In this document: piece by piece, positions 18,445 through 28,626 of the stretch | Position numbering within the stretch: position 1 is the stretch's first letter | Layout: each line of letters starts with the position of its first letter | DNA from: a virus | Taxonomy: Duplodnaviria; Caudoviricetes | DNA: 64,000 nucleotides | Strand: one strand, 5' to 3' | IMG/VR virus record: IMGVR_UViG_3300038345_000076 | Coordinates: 41,851 to 105,850 of that record | Made by a program: the position numbers and the translations under genes | The notes under the pieces: generated by a model | What the model saw: the letters and a program-made list of their open reading frames with translations, nothing else | Told to the model about the DNA's origin: nothing | Databases searched by the model: none

Positions 18445-19323
18445 TTATTCTAAGTTTTCAATTTGTTCTTTCGTAAAAATAGGAATGGCATAACAACAGC
18501 ATGAAGGATGAACGGGCAAAACTCCATAAGCCTCTTGAATCGGGTGGAATCCGCAGTTGTCGTCGCATGGGGAACAGGGATAGCTGCTGCCACGTAAGAC
18601 GTATAAGCCTGCCGCACCTTGCTCTTTGTAGTCCATGACCTGTGAGCGCATCCATACCATTTGCAAGGTTGTCTTTGCCATGTTTGTCACATTGGTACTG
18701 CCGTTATTCGATAGTCCGACATTACCTTTTACGACACCACGACTGCGTATATATGTCGCATTGAATGATTCTGCCTGTTTGAAAGCCTGTTGTACCTCTG
18801 GTATGGTATATATGGTATGCAGATGTGTCTTAGCCTTAGTGATGGCTTGTGCGAGAGGTATGTTTGCGTATTTCAATGCTGCCACAGCCGCCTCTATGTC
18901 TTTCATGAACTTGTAGAGGTAGGTGTCGAGGGTCTGCTGCAAGTTACGGTTGTTTCGGCCAAGCAAAAGCATCCAAGCCAGCAGGGTTTTAGCACTGTCT
19001 TTGTCGGTTGTGACACGGGTTGAATATTCCTCTATCAGACTGAGAATTTCTTCTTCCGCTTCATCCATTGCCTCCGAGATTTCATTCATCATCTGTTCGT
19101 TAAATCCGTTACTGAGATAAAGCAGTTTCGGGTCAACGTCGTAACGATAGCAAATAGTGATGATACGCTCCATTGCATCCGCAAGAACTTCATCAATACG
19201 TGATTGCAGTAATTGTGCGTATTCCTCTCGCATGAGGACAAAACGCTTTGCAGCGTTTATATCCTCCTGCGTAGGAATAGCGTATTTGCTTGTATCGAGT
19301 GAAATCTTAATACTTTCAGCCAT
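18445..19323 (-). CDS. Minor head morphogenesis protein (Mu gpF/SPP1 gp7-like)
   Basis: C-terminal CxxC...PVHPSCCC motif, downstream of portal. Confidence 0.75.
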   Translation of the reverse strand: MAESIKISLDTSKYAIPTQEDINAAKRFVLMREEYAQLLQSRIDEVLADAMERIITICYRYDVDPKLLYLSNGFNEQMMNEISEAMDEAEEEILSLIEEYSTRVTTDKDSAKTLLAWMLLLGRNNRNLQQTLDTYLYKFMKDIEAAVAALKYANIPLAQAITKAKTHLHTIYTIPEVQQAFKQAESFNATYIRSRGVVKGNVGLSNNGSTNVTNMAKTTLQMVWMRSQVMDYKEQGAAGLYVLRGSSYPCSPCDDNCGFHPIQEAYGVLPVHPSCCCYAIPIFTKEQIENLE

Positions 19324-19343
19324 AACTTATCATCTTAACAGAT

Positions 19344-21107
19344 TTAATGGGTATCGTTCCAGTTTCCCCAGTTGTTGCGACCTTCCCAGTTACCATTGCT
19401 ATCATATTTGCGCCCACTCCGATTCGGTCTGCCAGAGCCACGTCCTGTTGCTACGGAGTATTTCCTTTTTGTGGTTGATCTACCTTTTTTTTCTTCCTTG
19501 GTATCAATCTGATTCTGAGCCTTTATAACTTCTATCTGCTGTTCTGTCTGTATGCCAGCGAGTTCTTCCTGCATTTCAACGTTTGCATCATTCTGTATCT
19601 CAAGTTTCTGCTCTTCAAGTAACAACTGCTGCATCTGCTCGTCATGTTTCTCCTGTAGAATCCTTTCCCACTCTTGCGGAGTCGAATAAGGTAATTTTTC
19701 TGAGGCGGTCTGTTTAGACAGGAAACCACCGAGTACCGCAGTGTTAAGATTCTGAGTAAGTTCACTGACATTTAAGTGAATGTAAGGCTCGATGTAGTGC
19801 CGGATATTGGTATTGAGGAAAGCCAGTCGCATTTCACACTCGATACCGTAGCCCCAAGAGAAGATGTCAATCATCTTATCTACGCATCCGTCATACTCCT
19901 GTGAGTCGGTCATTGCTTTTTCGTAGGCATCGGAGTACATGATTTTCAGAGAAACGCCTGGTGTGTCGCCTGACTTCAGTTCTGGTGTCTTGACTGCAAA
20001 CGACTGCTTGTAGATATTGTCTTCGAGTTTGTCAAGTTCTGCCTTGTAAGCGTTTGACGCATCCTGCCTGTTGAGGAAACCTATCTCTCCGTCAGACGGC
20101 AGAATCATAATCTTAGAGGCATACGACATGTCCTGTGTGGTTATTTCCTCACTGCCTTCGCCCTTCACATACATGATAGGCAACCCGAAATCGTGGTTGC
20201 TGTGAGCAAGGTTTGAGAAAGCAATCTCATAGTTTTCAATCGTCTCTTCCGAGTAAGTCCAGCAGGGGCCGTTATCGTCACGCATATAGGCGACAGGTAT
20301 GGAGTCGAATCCGTGCGCCTCCATCCATTCCAGACGGTAGCCATCCGTATTGAAAAGTTTGAAGATAAGATTTTTTGCTTTCTCAAAGATGTTTGTAGGA
20401 TCACCGTCGGCAACAAAGCGGTAGTAGTAGGTATCATCCCACACGTCGATGTATCGTTTTGTCACAGAGCCGTTTTCCGCATAGTTGCAATAGGTTCGTG
20501 CAAAAGTGCTGAGTTTACCCGTTTTTAAGTCGTAGTGCGGGAATAGCTTGTCACCGTTGAGGAACGACAGGACTTTCCATCCGAACTTTCCTTTGTCGAG
20601 GAAGCCGACGAAAGCACCGTCACCCGTTGCTTTGACAGACTTTGCCAGTTGATACCAGGCAACCTCCATATTCTTGTTCGCCCATCCGTTCTTGAACTCG
20701 TTGAAGACCTTGTTCGTCTCGTCGTCAACTTTCTTGTCAGAGAGTTCAAACTGTATGTCGTTTCCGCAAAGATGTGTCAGATGCTTAACGAGGATAATCT
20801 GCTGATAGGAGAAAGCATAACGAGGAATCTCCTGAATGTACCACTTTCCGTCCTCTTCATTTTCCTGCCAGATGTCAGGAAACAACTCTTTGTCGTTGAT
20901 AAGGTGTCCGGCAGGGTCGAGTTCACGCAGGAAATCCTCTTGCGTGACAATCTTTCGGTACAGCCTGTCATGTGTGACTGGCATTTCCGAAACTTCATTC
21001 CATACATACCCGTGGTCGTAGTGACCATCAGGAAGGATTCGAGTAAAAGGCTTCTTTGTAAGAAGGTCTCTTAACGTTGTGTTGGTCTTTTCTAAAACTG
21101 CATCCAT
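19344..21107 (-). CDS. Portal protein (SPP1-type)
   Basis: Position after TerL, size, HGFDSIPV and GVSLKIMY segments. Confidence 0.8.
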   Translation of the reverse strand: MDAVLEKTNTTLRDLLTKKPFTRILPDGHYDHGYVWNEVSEMPVTHDRLYRKIVTQEDFLRELDPAGHLINDKELFPDIWQENEEDGKWYIQEIPRYAFSYQQIILVKHLTHLCGNDIQFELSDKKVDDETNKVFNEFKNGWANKNMEVAWYQLAKSVKATGDGAFVGFLDKGKFGWKVLSFLNGDKLFPHYDLKTGKLSTFARTYCNYAENGSVTKRYIDVWDDTYYYRFVADGDPTNIFEKAKNLIFKLFNTDGYRLEWMEAHGFDSIPVAYMRDDNGPCWTYSEETIENYEIAFSNLAHSNHDFGLPIMYVKGEGSEEITTQDMSYASKIMILPSDGEIGFLNRQDASNAYKAELDKLEDNIYKQSFAVKTPELKSGDTPGVSLKIMYSDAYEKAMTDSQEYDGCVDKMIDIFSWGYGIECEMRLAFLNTNIRHYIEPYIHLNVSELTQNLNTAVLGGFLSKQTASEKLPYSTPQEWERILQEKHDEQMQQLLLEEQKLEIQNDANVEMQEELAGIQTEQQIEVIKAQNQIDTKEEKKGRSTTKRKYSVATGRGSGRPNRSGRKYDSNGNWEGRNNWGNWNDTH

Positions 21108-21124
21108 ATCGTTCTGTTTTTGTG

Positions 21125-23875
21125 TTAATCCCTATGCCTTGGTGTAAGTTTCCTTACAGTTCTGATACGGCTTCTTCCGTTATTTCCTTTTTTAAGCCAT
21201 TTTGGTATTACGGCTTGCGTATGTTTAATATCGAAAATCTCCCTCATAAACAAAGCCTCGAAGAAGTCAGGTGAGTGTCCGACAACCGCTTTGTTCTTCA
21301 TCTGTTCCTTATGAATGAGACACCAGCCCTTGTCTTCCTTAGACATATCCTGCTTGACGCATTTTCTTTCGAGTTGCAGAATGTCGTAGAGCGTTTTCGT
21401 TTCTTTGCCAATCTTGTATTTGCGTTTGAGAAGACTTGGCTCAATGCTCCAATCTCCTTGCTGTGTCCGTTCTGCAAACTTATATGCGCATTGAGATTTC
21501 TTATTGTCGTAAAGTCCTTTGTCTTTTTCTGCAACGGCTTCCTGGTTATTGAATGGTACGGCTCTTGGGAAAGCCCCCTTCAAAACTTGCCCCATGCCGT
21601 TCAAGTCATAGGCGAAGTTCTGTTCCAAAACTCCCCATTCCTGAAGTTTCGCCCTTAATAGTCCGACGGTTGTATATGGGTCACGTCGGCAGACATAGAC
21701 ATCGGCAACATGGTTTCCAATCCAGAGCCATGTCACGCAGTTGTCGCCACCTGTTCCGGCAACGTCGCAGGTTGCACGGCGAACACCGTCGCCAATCATC
21801 TGTGCGTTCTGGAAGATTTTGTCAAGATGATAGGCTTGAATTATATCATCTCCCATCTTTATGATGTCCCAGTTTCCGTCAAACTCTCTGGCTCTTACTT
21901 CTGGCGGCTGGTTAAGAAGATTGGCTATATATCCTGGGTCTTTCTTTATCAGTTCCTTGTTCTCGTTCAAAGCTGCTTTCTTGAACGTGACAGACTTGAC
22001 AAAGAAAGAAGTTTTTGTGTAACCATACTGTTCCCATTCGGGATCCCATGCGTCATCAATCAGTTCACGGCATTGCTCATAAACTTCTTCTGGCGTATCT
22101 CCCCAAATGATATTGTCAACAGAATCGTCCGGCATATAGCAATAGCGAACAACGCCGTCACGCTCTGGAATCGGGAAACCTTTTCTCTCAGGGTGCATCA
22201 GTCCGTCGGAGTAGATGGTATCTTCTTTCCCGATCCACCAGTCAACAAACTTTCTGAGCCATGACAGCGGATCTGGGTTACAAGTTCCGAACATACGCGA
22301 ATGAACACCGATAGTATTACGGCAGGAAGTCATGAGGAATTTGAACATTTCAAACGGAATCTGAGGTAACTCGTCAATGCCGATAGAGCAAAACTGCTGA
22401 CCACGATACTTTGTTTCAAAGTCTGAAAACGGCATATCATAGATAGTAAGTCCGAGTTTTGCACCCGTCTTGAAGTTCCATGTCATATCGTCCTTCGACT
22501 TGTTATAGCGTCCAAGTTTTGCAAACCATCTTTTCGACTCGTTGATGATGTTTTCAAAGTCATCTTTGTTTTTACGGAAAATGATACCGTTAAAGTGTTT
22601 ATTTTGGATGTCGTACAAAGGCTCCATCAACATTGTTGTTGTGTTGTGGTTGATGGTGTAGGCATCCGTCATGTAGAGGTGGTCACGCCCCGTCACTGTA
22701 ATGCAACGGCAGTTCTGTCGATGTTTTGACTTTGTGATGTACTGAAGAGTTTTTGTAAGCACATTCTTCTCGTTCGGTTTCTTCGGAGTATTCGCGTTGA
22801 CGTGTGCGCGAAGTTTGAAGTTTGTTCTTGCAAACAAGTCAGCATCGTTGGGAGCGACAAAAGCAACTTTCCAATATCCGATGCGCTCTGGATCATCCTC
22901 AATCTGTGAAACTCTCGCCCAAATTCCCAAAGAGCGTGCTACCTCTGCAACATCTTCTATCAGCTCTTTGTTTGGCAAAGCAAGATATGGATGCTTGTGC
23001 ATAGAACGTCCATTCTGAAACATGACACCTCTGAGATATTCCCATCGTGCCTGTACTGAGGCAGTCTTATATTCTGAAGGTATTCTTGCGGGTTGTTTTT
23101 GTCTGCTGCAAGTTATTTTCCTCCTGTTTTCGTCATCCAGGCCCTTGAGATAGTAGAATCCGTCATTCCTGTTTTTCTTTATCTTATAGCCTATAGCCGA
23201 GAACTTTCTTGCCAGATGTTGGTCTTTAGACAGTTTCACTCCAGTCATTGAGAAGTTCCAGAATCCAGAACCGCTGATATATCCAAGTACAAAAGGATGA
23301 ATAGGCAGGTCAACGGATGTGATTTTCTCGTTCAGATCAACTTCCCCGCATAGCGGAAACTCAACAAAATTCGTCTTTCCGCGGCGGAGTGAAAGCGGAT
23401 AAGGTCTGTCAAGTGCATATATTCCCATGATATCCCTGGCTGTCATTACGTGAAAGTCTTCTGTTGGAGAAGTCCTTGCCCAGAACCTGTGATTATCCAT
23501 GCACCTGACTTCCGTCCCGTCATCAAAATGGAACACATAGATGGTATTAACACCCTGCTCAAAAATGCCGCTTACTTTCTGCACACCATTGTATGGAGTG
23601 CAAATAAGGTCATCTATTTCAAGGTCGCCCATCAGTCTGAACCCAGATGGAGTAGCTACAGGTGTCGTGTACGGGTTTGCCTTAGCACCACCTCTGTTAC
23701 CACCAAATATCGTAATGTCTGCATCATTGCTGAGACCGATTTCCTGCGCCCCTTTCTGGGCGATAAAAAACTTTGACTTTTTCTTGCTGTTTTCTTTTTC
23801 TCTCAGTTCATCAACAAAAGCCTGGGAATATATAGGTTTCCCGTCTATCGTGTATAGTCCTGTAAAACCTTCCAT
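21125..23875 (-). CDS. terL: Terminase large subunit with intein
   Basis: Walker A GGNRGGAK|T split by the intein, Walker B IGIDE, TCNP, nuclease DVAGTGGD and HSPDFFEAL. Confidence 0.9.
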   Translation of the reverse strand: MEGFTGLYTIDGKPIYSQAFVDELREKENSKKKSKFFIAQKGAQEIGLSNDADITIFGGNRGGAKANPYTTPVATPSGFRLMGDLEIDDLICTPYNGVQKVSGIFEQGVNTIYVFHFDDGTEVRCMDNHRFWARTSPTEDFHVMTARDIMGIYALDRPYPLSLRRGKTNFVEFPLCGEVDLNEKITSVDLPIHPFVLGYISGSGFWNFSMTGVKLSKDQHLARKFSAIGYKIKKNRNDGFYYLKGLDDENRRKITCSRQKQPARIPSEYKTASVQARWEYLRGVMFQNGRSMHKHPYLALPNKELIEDVAEVARSLGIWARVSQIEDDPERIGYWKVAFVAPNDADLFARTNFKLRAHVNANTPKKPNEKNVLTKTLQYITKSKHRQNCRCITVTGRDHLYMTDAYTINHNTTTMLMEPLYDIQNKHFNGIIFRKNKDDFENIINESKRWFAKLGRYNKSKDDMTWNFKTGAKLGLTIYDMPFSDFETKYRGQQFCSIGIDELPQIPFEMFKFLMTSCRNTIGVHSRMFGTCNPDPLSWLRKFVDWWIGKEDTIYSDGLMHPERKGFPIPERDGVVRYCYMPDDSVDNIIWGDTPEEVYEQCRELIDDAWDPEWEQYGYTKTSFFVKSVTFKKAALNENKELIKKDPGYIANLLNQPPEVRAREFDGNWDIIKMGDDIIQAYHLDKIFQNAQMIGDGVRRATCDVAGTGGDNCVTWLWIGNHVADVYVCRRDPYTTVGLLRAKLQEWGVLEQNFAYDLNGMGQVLKGAFPRAVPFNNQEAVAEKDKGLYDNKKSQCAYKFAERTQQGDWSIEPSLLKRKYKIGKETKTLYDILQLERKCVKQDMSKEDKGWCLIHKEQMKNKAVVGHSPDFFEALFMREIFDIKHTQAVIPKWLKKGNNGRSRIRTVRKLTPRHRD
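22643..23680 (-). mobile_element. Intein (346 aa) with degenerate LAGLIDADG-like endonuclease region, in the TerL Walker A
   Basis: Starts ANPYTTPVATPSG (Ala1), block B CMDNH, block F RCITV, ends HN followed by T+1. Confidence 0.85.
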
Positions 23876-23894
23876 GATGTAAATTTTTTTGTGA

Positions 23895-23902
23895 CAAAAA
23901 TA
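23895..23902 (-). promoter_or_regulatory. -7 promoter element for the packaging operon
   Basis: TATTTTTG about 20 nt upstream of the terL ATG. Confidence 0.5.
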
Positions 23903-23962
23903 ATTGTAAAACGATGAATATCTGAGATTTTAATTAGAAATGTAAAGATTTCCAAAATATTT

Positions 23963-23995
23963 TTTGAATAAATATTTGTTTGGTAATTAATTTTG
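23963..23995 (+). promoter_or_regulatory. Bacteroidetes promoter for the head/tail operon
   Basis: TTTG-N21-TAATTTTG. Confidence 0.65.
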
Positions 23996-24061
23996 CGAAA
24001 AATATTTACAAAAAAAACGGACGAAAAACGTCCATTGACACAAACACAAAATTTTATAGTT

Positions 24062-24892
24062 ATGGAGAAAGACATTCTCATTCAGGGTCTTAGAACCCGC
24101 ATCGGAGAAGACGATGCAAAGATTATCAGTGACAAGACATTTGACGGTGTTGCCACAGAAGTTTTAGGTCTGTTTGCCGACGATACCAAAGTCACAGACG
24201 AGACATGGAAACTTCCTGTTGCTCTTCTGAAGCAGTTTGCCGGACAGAAGCGTTTCGATGAAAAGAACTTCACCGAGAAGTTCAAGACCGAGTACGCTAA
24301 CGAGTTCAAAACTCAGCATGAGAAAGATGTTGAGACTCGTATCAATGCTGCCGTTGCAAAGGCATTGGAAGACTATAAGAAGGAACACCCTGAGAATGGT
24401 GGTGGTGATGGTGGTAAAGGTGGTGCTTCTGAGGAATCACTGGATGAAAAGGTTGCGAAAGCCGTGAAGGAAGCAATGGCTGGACTGACTGGTGCTGACA
24501 GCGAGTTTGGTAAGATGACTGCTACCATGACCAACTTCATGAAGTCACAGATGGAACGGGAGAAAACCGCAACTCTCAACAGCGTTAAGGCAGAACTCAA
24601 GAAACACCTCATTGCTCTGAAGGCCAACAACGAGGCTTGTATTGACGATGCTCTGGATGATATCGAATATGGGGATAATCCCACATTTGAGGGTCTGAAG
24701 CAGACAGCAGTATCAGCCTATGAGAAACGCTACAAGCGTTACTATGCTGACGGAGGAAAACCCTTCGGTGGTGATGGCACAGGTGAGCATGAAGGTGAAA
24801 ACGGATTCGTGAAAAAGACGATAGAACGTTTGAAGAAAGAAGCTGAGGAAAACGCGAACTATGCCACCGAGCAAGAGAAGACCTTCGTGTAA
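24062..24892 (+). CDS. Capsid scaffolding protein (probable)
   Basis: Helical and charged, Gly-rich linkers, upstream of capsid genes; start moved to MEKDIL. Confidence 0.6.
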   Translation: MEKDILIQGLRTRIGEDDAKIISDKTFDGVATEVLGLFADDTKVTDETWKLPVALLKQFAGQKRFDEKNFTEKFKTEYANEFKTQHEKDVETRINAAVAKALEDYKKEHPENGGGDGGKGGASEESLDEKVAKAVKEAMAGLTGADSEFGKMTATMTNFMKSQMEREKTATLNSVKAELKKHLIALKANNEACIDDALDDIEYGDNPTFEGLKQTAVSAYEKRYKRYYADGGKPFGGDGTGEHEGENGFVKKTIERLKKEAEENANYATEQEKTFV

Positions 24893-24937
24893 GGCTCTCA
24901 ACCAACACAAAAAATTCTAATAAAAACATTAAGTAAC

Positions 24938-25606
24938 ATGAGACAAGGAACTATCAACAACTACATTAAGTTCAGTAAGAACTTTGGTGGTGTCCGCAAG
25001 TGCTACGAGGGCAAACCGACAATTGCCGTCGGTGGTTTCATGTGCGAACCCGCACTGATGCCTGCCTATCCTAATGTGATGGCAGCAGGAACTCTTGTCT
25101 TTGCCGACGAGACCGCAGGTGTTCGTTCCATCGTACCTATCTACACTTTTAAGGTGTTGGAGGTTGATACATCGAACAACAAGATTAAGGTTGAGAAGGT
25201 AGAGACTGGCACTATTGCAAAGGTTGGAATGGTCTTGGGCGTAGTCGGTTCAGACTTGACTCAGGCTGTGTCTAACGTTTCCACAGTATCTGCTATCGAC
25301 AGCACAAACGATGGCTATGACATCCTTACCGTCGATGCCGTCGCCTCTGCAGGTACTGCTTTCGTAGCAGAGGGTGATGTTCTTGCAGAGTTCAATGGAA
25401 CGACCAAGAAGATCAAGAATCTCCCCAATGGACTGACCTATTGTGACAACGTACTCGACCCCGATGCTTATGCCATCGACATCGACTACATCTGGAACTG
25501 CATGGAGAAGCCCGTTCTGGAGCGTCGCATGCCGCCTCTGACAGCAAGCCTGAAGAAGGCTCTTCGTGACAACGAGTGCTATTTCCGTTTCTCGAACCGC
25601 AAGTAA
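24938..25606 (+). CDS. Head decoration/cement protein (probable)
   Basis: Position before the MCP; VMAAGT and ERRMPP motifs. Confidence 0.55.
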   Translation: MRQGTINNYIKFSKNFGGVRKCYEGKPTIAVGGFMCEPALMPAYPNVMAAGTLVFADETAGVRSIVPIYTFKVLEVDTSNNKIKVEKVETGTIAKVGMVLGVVGSDLTQAVSNVSTVSAIDSTNDGYDILTVDAVASAGTAFVAEGDVLAEFNGTTKKIKNLPNGLTYCDNVLDPDAYAIDIDYIWNCMEKPVLERRMPPLTASLKKALRDNECYFRFSNRK

Positions 25607-25626
25607 ACTAAAAAGGAGATTAGATT

Positions 25627-26790
25627 ATGAGAGACTTAAATCTTTATGGTATCAGCGGTCTGCATCAGTATGTGGACGCTGAAAACTTCGGTCTGATCCT
25701 CGACAACGTGAATGCCAAGTACAACGGTGCTATGTGGCGTCAGTTTGCTTCGTGGGGAAAGCCGACAGATGACCGTGAGTGGAAACAGGGTATCAAGAAG
25801 ACCCCGATATTGGTACGTGCCAGCATCCTCGGTACTCATTCCGAGAAGCCTCAGCGCAGCACCATCGGCTGGGAGTTCTACGGTGGGACCCTGCCCCAGT
25901 TAGGTCATGGCTTCAACATCACACAGGATGACATGATTGAACTCCGTAAGAGCGCAAAACTTGCTGACATGACTTTTGGCGAGGCTCTGACGGACAGTTT
26001 CGTTCTGAACTCTGACGCTATGATCGGCGGTGTCCACAACGAACTCACTTACATGGTCATGCAGGCCATGTCAACTGGCGAGATTCACGATATTGCCGTT
26101 GACGGTGCTCGCTACGACTTCAAGTTCCAGATTCCTGACGAGAACTTCCTTGCACCCGACAATGGTAAGGAGTGGTATATTTGGGACACCTCTGGTGCAA
26201 CTCCCAAGTTGGTTGCCAATCCGAATGCAGATGTAATTGAGGACATTCTGACATTCCAGAAGTACCTCACTGACACGCTGAACCTCGGTGTTGACCACTG
26301 GAAGCTGTCAAAGGACTTGCTTGACAAGATTGTCCTTCATCCTTCCGTGATCAACGCTTTCAAGGGTAGCAAGAACTACTACCATCCAGAGAGCGTGAAG
26401 GTTGACCGTGCCGAACTTTTGGGTTGGCTGCATACTTCTATGAAGATATGGCCGTTCCAGGAGATTGACTTCAAGTCGCGTCATGAAGAGGACGGAAAGC
26501 CCGTTGCCGATGCTCCTGCATTCGACATTCACAACATGGTAGCCGCCAGCCGTGCTTATCGTCCGTTTGAGATCAAGGTGATGAACTCAATCTTGAAAGA
26601 CCGCAACAAGATGGGCGCACACAACGACAGTGTTCGCACCTACTTCGTCGAAGACCGTATCGCGGTTCAGAACGTATGGCAGGATCGTCCCATGATGAAC
26701 ATCATCGACTGCGAACTCTACGCAGGCCCCGTGTTCAACAACGTTCATGACTACGGTATCGCTACCGTATGGAAGGACTACGAGGGTTAA
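25627..26790 (+). CDS. Major capsid protein
   Basis: 387 aa, strong codon bias, lambda gpE-like layout (MQAMSTGEI...DFQIP). Confidence 0.8.
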   Translation: MRDLNLYGISGLHQYVDAENFGLILDNVNAKYNGAMWRQFASWGKPTDDREWKQGIKKTPILVRASILGTHSEKPQRSTIGWEFYGGTLPQLGHGFNITQDDMIELRKSAKLADMTFGEALTDSFVLNSDAMIGGVHNELTYMVMQAMSTGEIHDIAVDGARYDFKFQIPDENFLAPDNGKEWYIWDTSGATPKLVANPNADVIEDILTFQKYLTDTLNLGVDHWKLSKDLLDKIVLHPSVINAFKGSKNYYHPESVKVDRAELLGWLHTSMKIWPFQEIDFKSRHEEDGKPVADAPAFDIHNMVAASRAYRPFEIKVMNSILKDRNKMGAHNDSVRTYFVEDRIAVQNVWQDRPMMNIIDCELYAGPVFNNVHDYGIATVWKDYEG

Positions 26791-26809
26791 ACTCTAAGTG
26801 ACTTGAATC

Positions 26810-27226
26810 ATGGCCGATAACGAGCAGAATCAGATTGTCACGGTTGAAGAGTATATCAAAACTCTTTCACCCAATGCAAACATCAGTGAGAGTACCATTA
26901 AAGGCATTCTCATTGATGCAAGCATTAATGCTGGGACACCTGTGTCCGATTTGACGGAAAAGCAGAAAGACCTATCCCTTGCTTACCTTCTAATCCGTAT
27001 TGCCTTTAATCCTTTGATGTCGCAGAAAGTGACAGACAAGGATGGTGATTGGGAACATTCGGAGGGCAGTGAGCAGTGGTCTCGCTCTCAGTTGATGCAA
27101 TTTCTGATTCTCGCCCGTGACCTGCTGAAGAAGTGGGATATTACAGATGCCCGCGTAGAATCACTTGCTCCCAAATGGGGCATGAAGGGCAGTGGCTTTC
27201 ACAAAATCCGCAGATACCCGAAATAG
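26810..27226 (+). CDS. Head-tail connector/adaptor (probable)
   Basis: Synteny after the MCP; DLSLAYLL...DGDWEHSEG. Confidence 0.55.
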   Translation: MADNEQNQIVTVEEYIKTLSPNANISESTIKGILIDASINAGTPVSDLTEKQKDLSLAYLLIRIAFNPLMSQKVTDKDGDWEHSEGSEQWSRSQLMQFLILARDLLKKWDITDARVESLAPKWGMKGSGFHKIRRYPK

Positions 27227-27228
27227 TT

Positions 27229-27651
27229 ATGGCTCAGATAAATAACCCTCGTTTCCCTCATACTTGCAGGATCGTCAGGTTCGTTAATGATGACCCGATG
27301 GTTGACCAAAGCGACATTGAAGATGACCCTATGCAGGATGAAACAGAAGAAACCACTGTTAATGACCAAGACTCAGAAGAGACTAATCAAGCGCAGGGTG
27401 GAACTGTTATCTATGAGGGAGAATGTAGGAGTGACAACAAAGCCGTTACGTCGGACAATGGAGAGTTTAATGTTTCTTACCGAACGCTCGCATTGCCTTT
27501 GAAACAGGACGAATGGACTGAGGAAACCATACCTTTGGAGGGTGACAGAATCGAACTACAGCGATTCGGGTATAAAGAATACGGAATAGTGGTTGACAAA
27601 CGCCCAAGCAATTTAGGAACTCATATTTTGTGGAAATATGCCCGTAACTAA
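27229..27651 (+). CDS. Head closure protein (probable)
   Basis: Start MAQINNPRFPHTC; synteny. Confidence 0.5.
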   Translation: MAQINNPRFPHTCRIVRFVNDDPMVDQSDIEDDPMQDETEETTVNDQDSEETNQAQGGTVIYEGECRSDNKAVTSDNGEFNVSYRTLALPLKQDEWTEETIPLEGDRIELQRFGYKEYGIVVDKRPSNLGTHILWKYARN

Positions 27652-28186
27652 TCGTCAGATAGTACACGAAGCCATTGCAGGCTATAAGACAGCAATCTTC
27701 GATGAAGTCGAGAAGCGTTGTCGAAAGTTTTGTACTGACTTGTGTCAGGAGGCGATAAGAGCAAGAAAGAATGCTCCAGGTGCACACAACTTTACAGGTA
27801 ACTTGATTAACTCGATTGTTGTGTGTCTCTACAGGAACAGAGAACCTATCAATGCTTACTATGCAGCGCAATATGTTCCGAAAGCCATTCAGGTGAAGAT
27901 GCGGCAGAGAACGCGGAAACGTTATCGTTTCAATCCCGACTATGATGGTGACAAGAGCCATTATCTTCCAACAGTTCAGACTAACGGCGGTTGGGGTGAA
28001 GACGATGCCCGCCATTTCTTCCAAGACTACGTTCCGAAAGGCAAGAACCTGTTTGACATTGTGGTAGCCTATCCCGTTGAATACGGAAACTGGGTGGAAA
28101 CGCAGAGAAGCACCACTGGTATATTGCAATCCTACGCACACGCCGAAGCAGTTGGTGTTACATACTTGAAGTTAGTAAGGAAATAG
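27638..28186 (+). CDS. Neck protein, HK97 gp10-like
   Basis: NFTGNLINSI and VEYGNWVE motifs. Confidence 0.6.
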   Translation: MPVTNRQIVHEAIAGYKTAIFDEVEKRCRKFCTDLCQEAIRARKNAPGAHNFTGNLINSIVVCLYRNREPINAYYAAQYVPKAIQVKMRQRTRKRYRFNPDYDGDKSHYLPTVQTNGGWGEDDARHFFQDYVPKGKNLFDIVVAYPVEYGNWVETQRSTTGILQSYAHAEAVGVTYLKLVRK

Positions 28187-28191
28187 CAGTT

Positions 28192-28614
28192 ATGGCAGAA
28201 GGAAAGAAAACGCTTATCTACCTCATTTACAACGATCTGTCAAATGCGGTAAAGGGAATCGGGAAAAAGACTTTTTTCGGCAGACCAGAACCCGTCGGCT
28301 CAGACGTTGCGAACTTCATTGCGATTGAGATACCTACGGAAATCCGTAGCCGTATCGCAGGAAGTTTTGATATGAGCGTAGATTGTTATGCTACTTTTGA
28401 CGTTTACTGCAAGGCAAAAACTGACAGGACGTTGAATATCGGTACACAGACCGATTTGGTTCAGAAAGTCTTGGACGTTTTTCCGATTAACGGCAAATGT
28501 GTGACGGCGGCTAATCCGACCATTCTGATGCAGGGTTATGACGAGACAGGGTATCAAGTCACGAAAATCTCTTTTAAGTTAAGGACAAAATTCAATTCAA
28601 CACAAACACTTTAA
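28192..28614 (+). CDS. Tail terminator (probable)
   Basis: Synteny and size. Confidence 0.5.
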   Translation: MAEGKKTLIYLIYNDLSNAVKGIGKKTFFGRPEPVGSDVANFIAIEIPTEIRSRIAGSFDMSVDCYATFDVYCKAKTDRTLNIGTQTDLVQKVLDVFPINGKCVTAANPTILMQGYDETGYQVTKISFKLRTKFNSTQTL

Positions 28615-28626
28615 CATATTACGACT

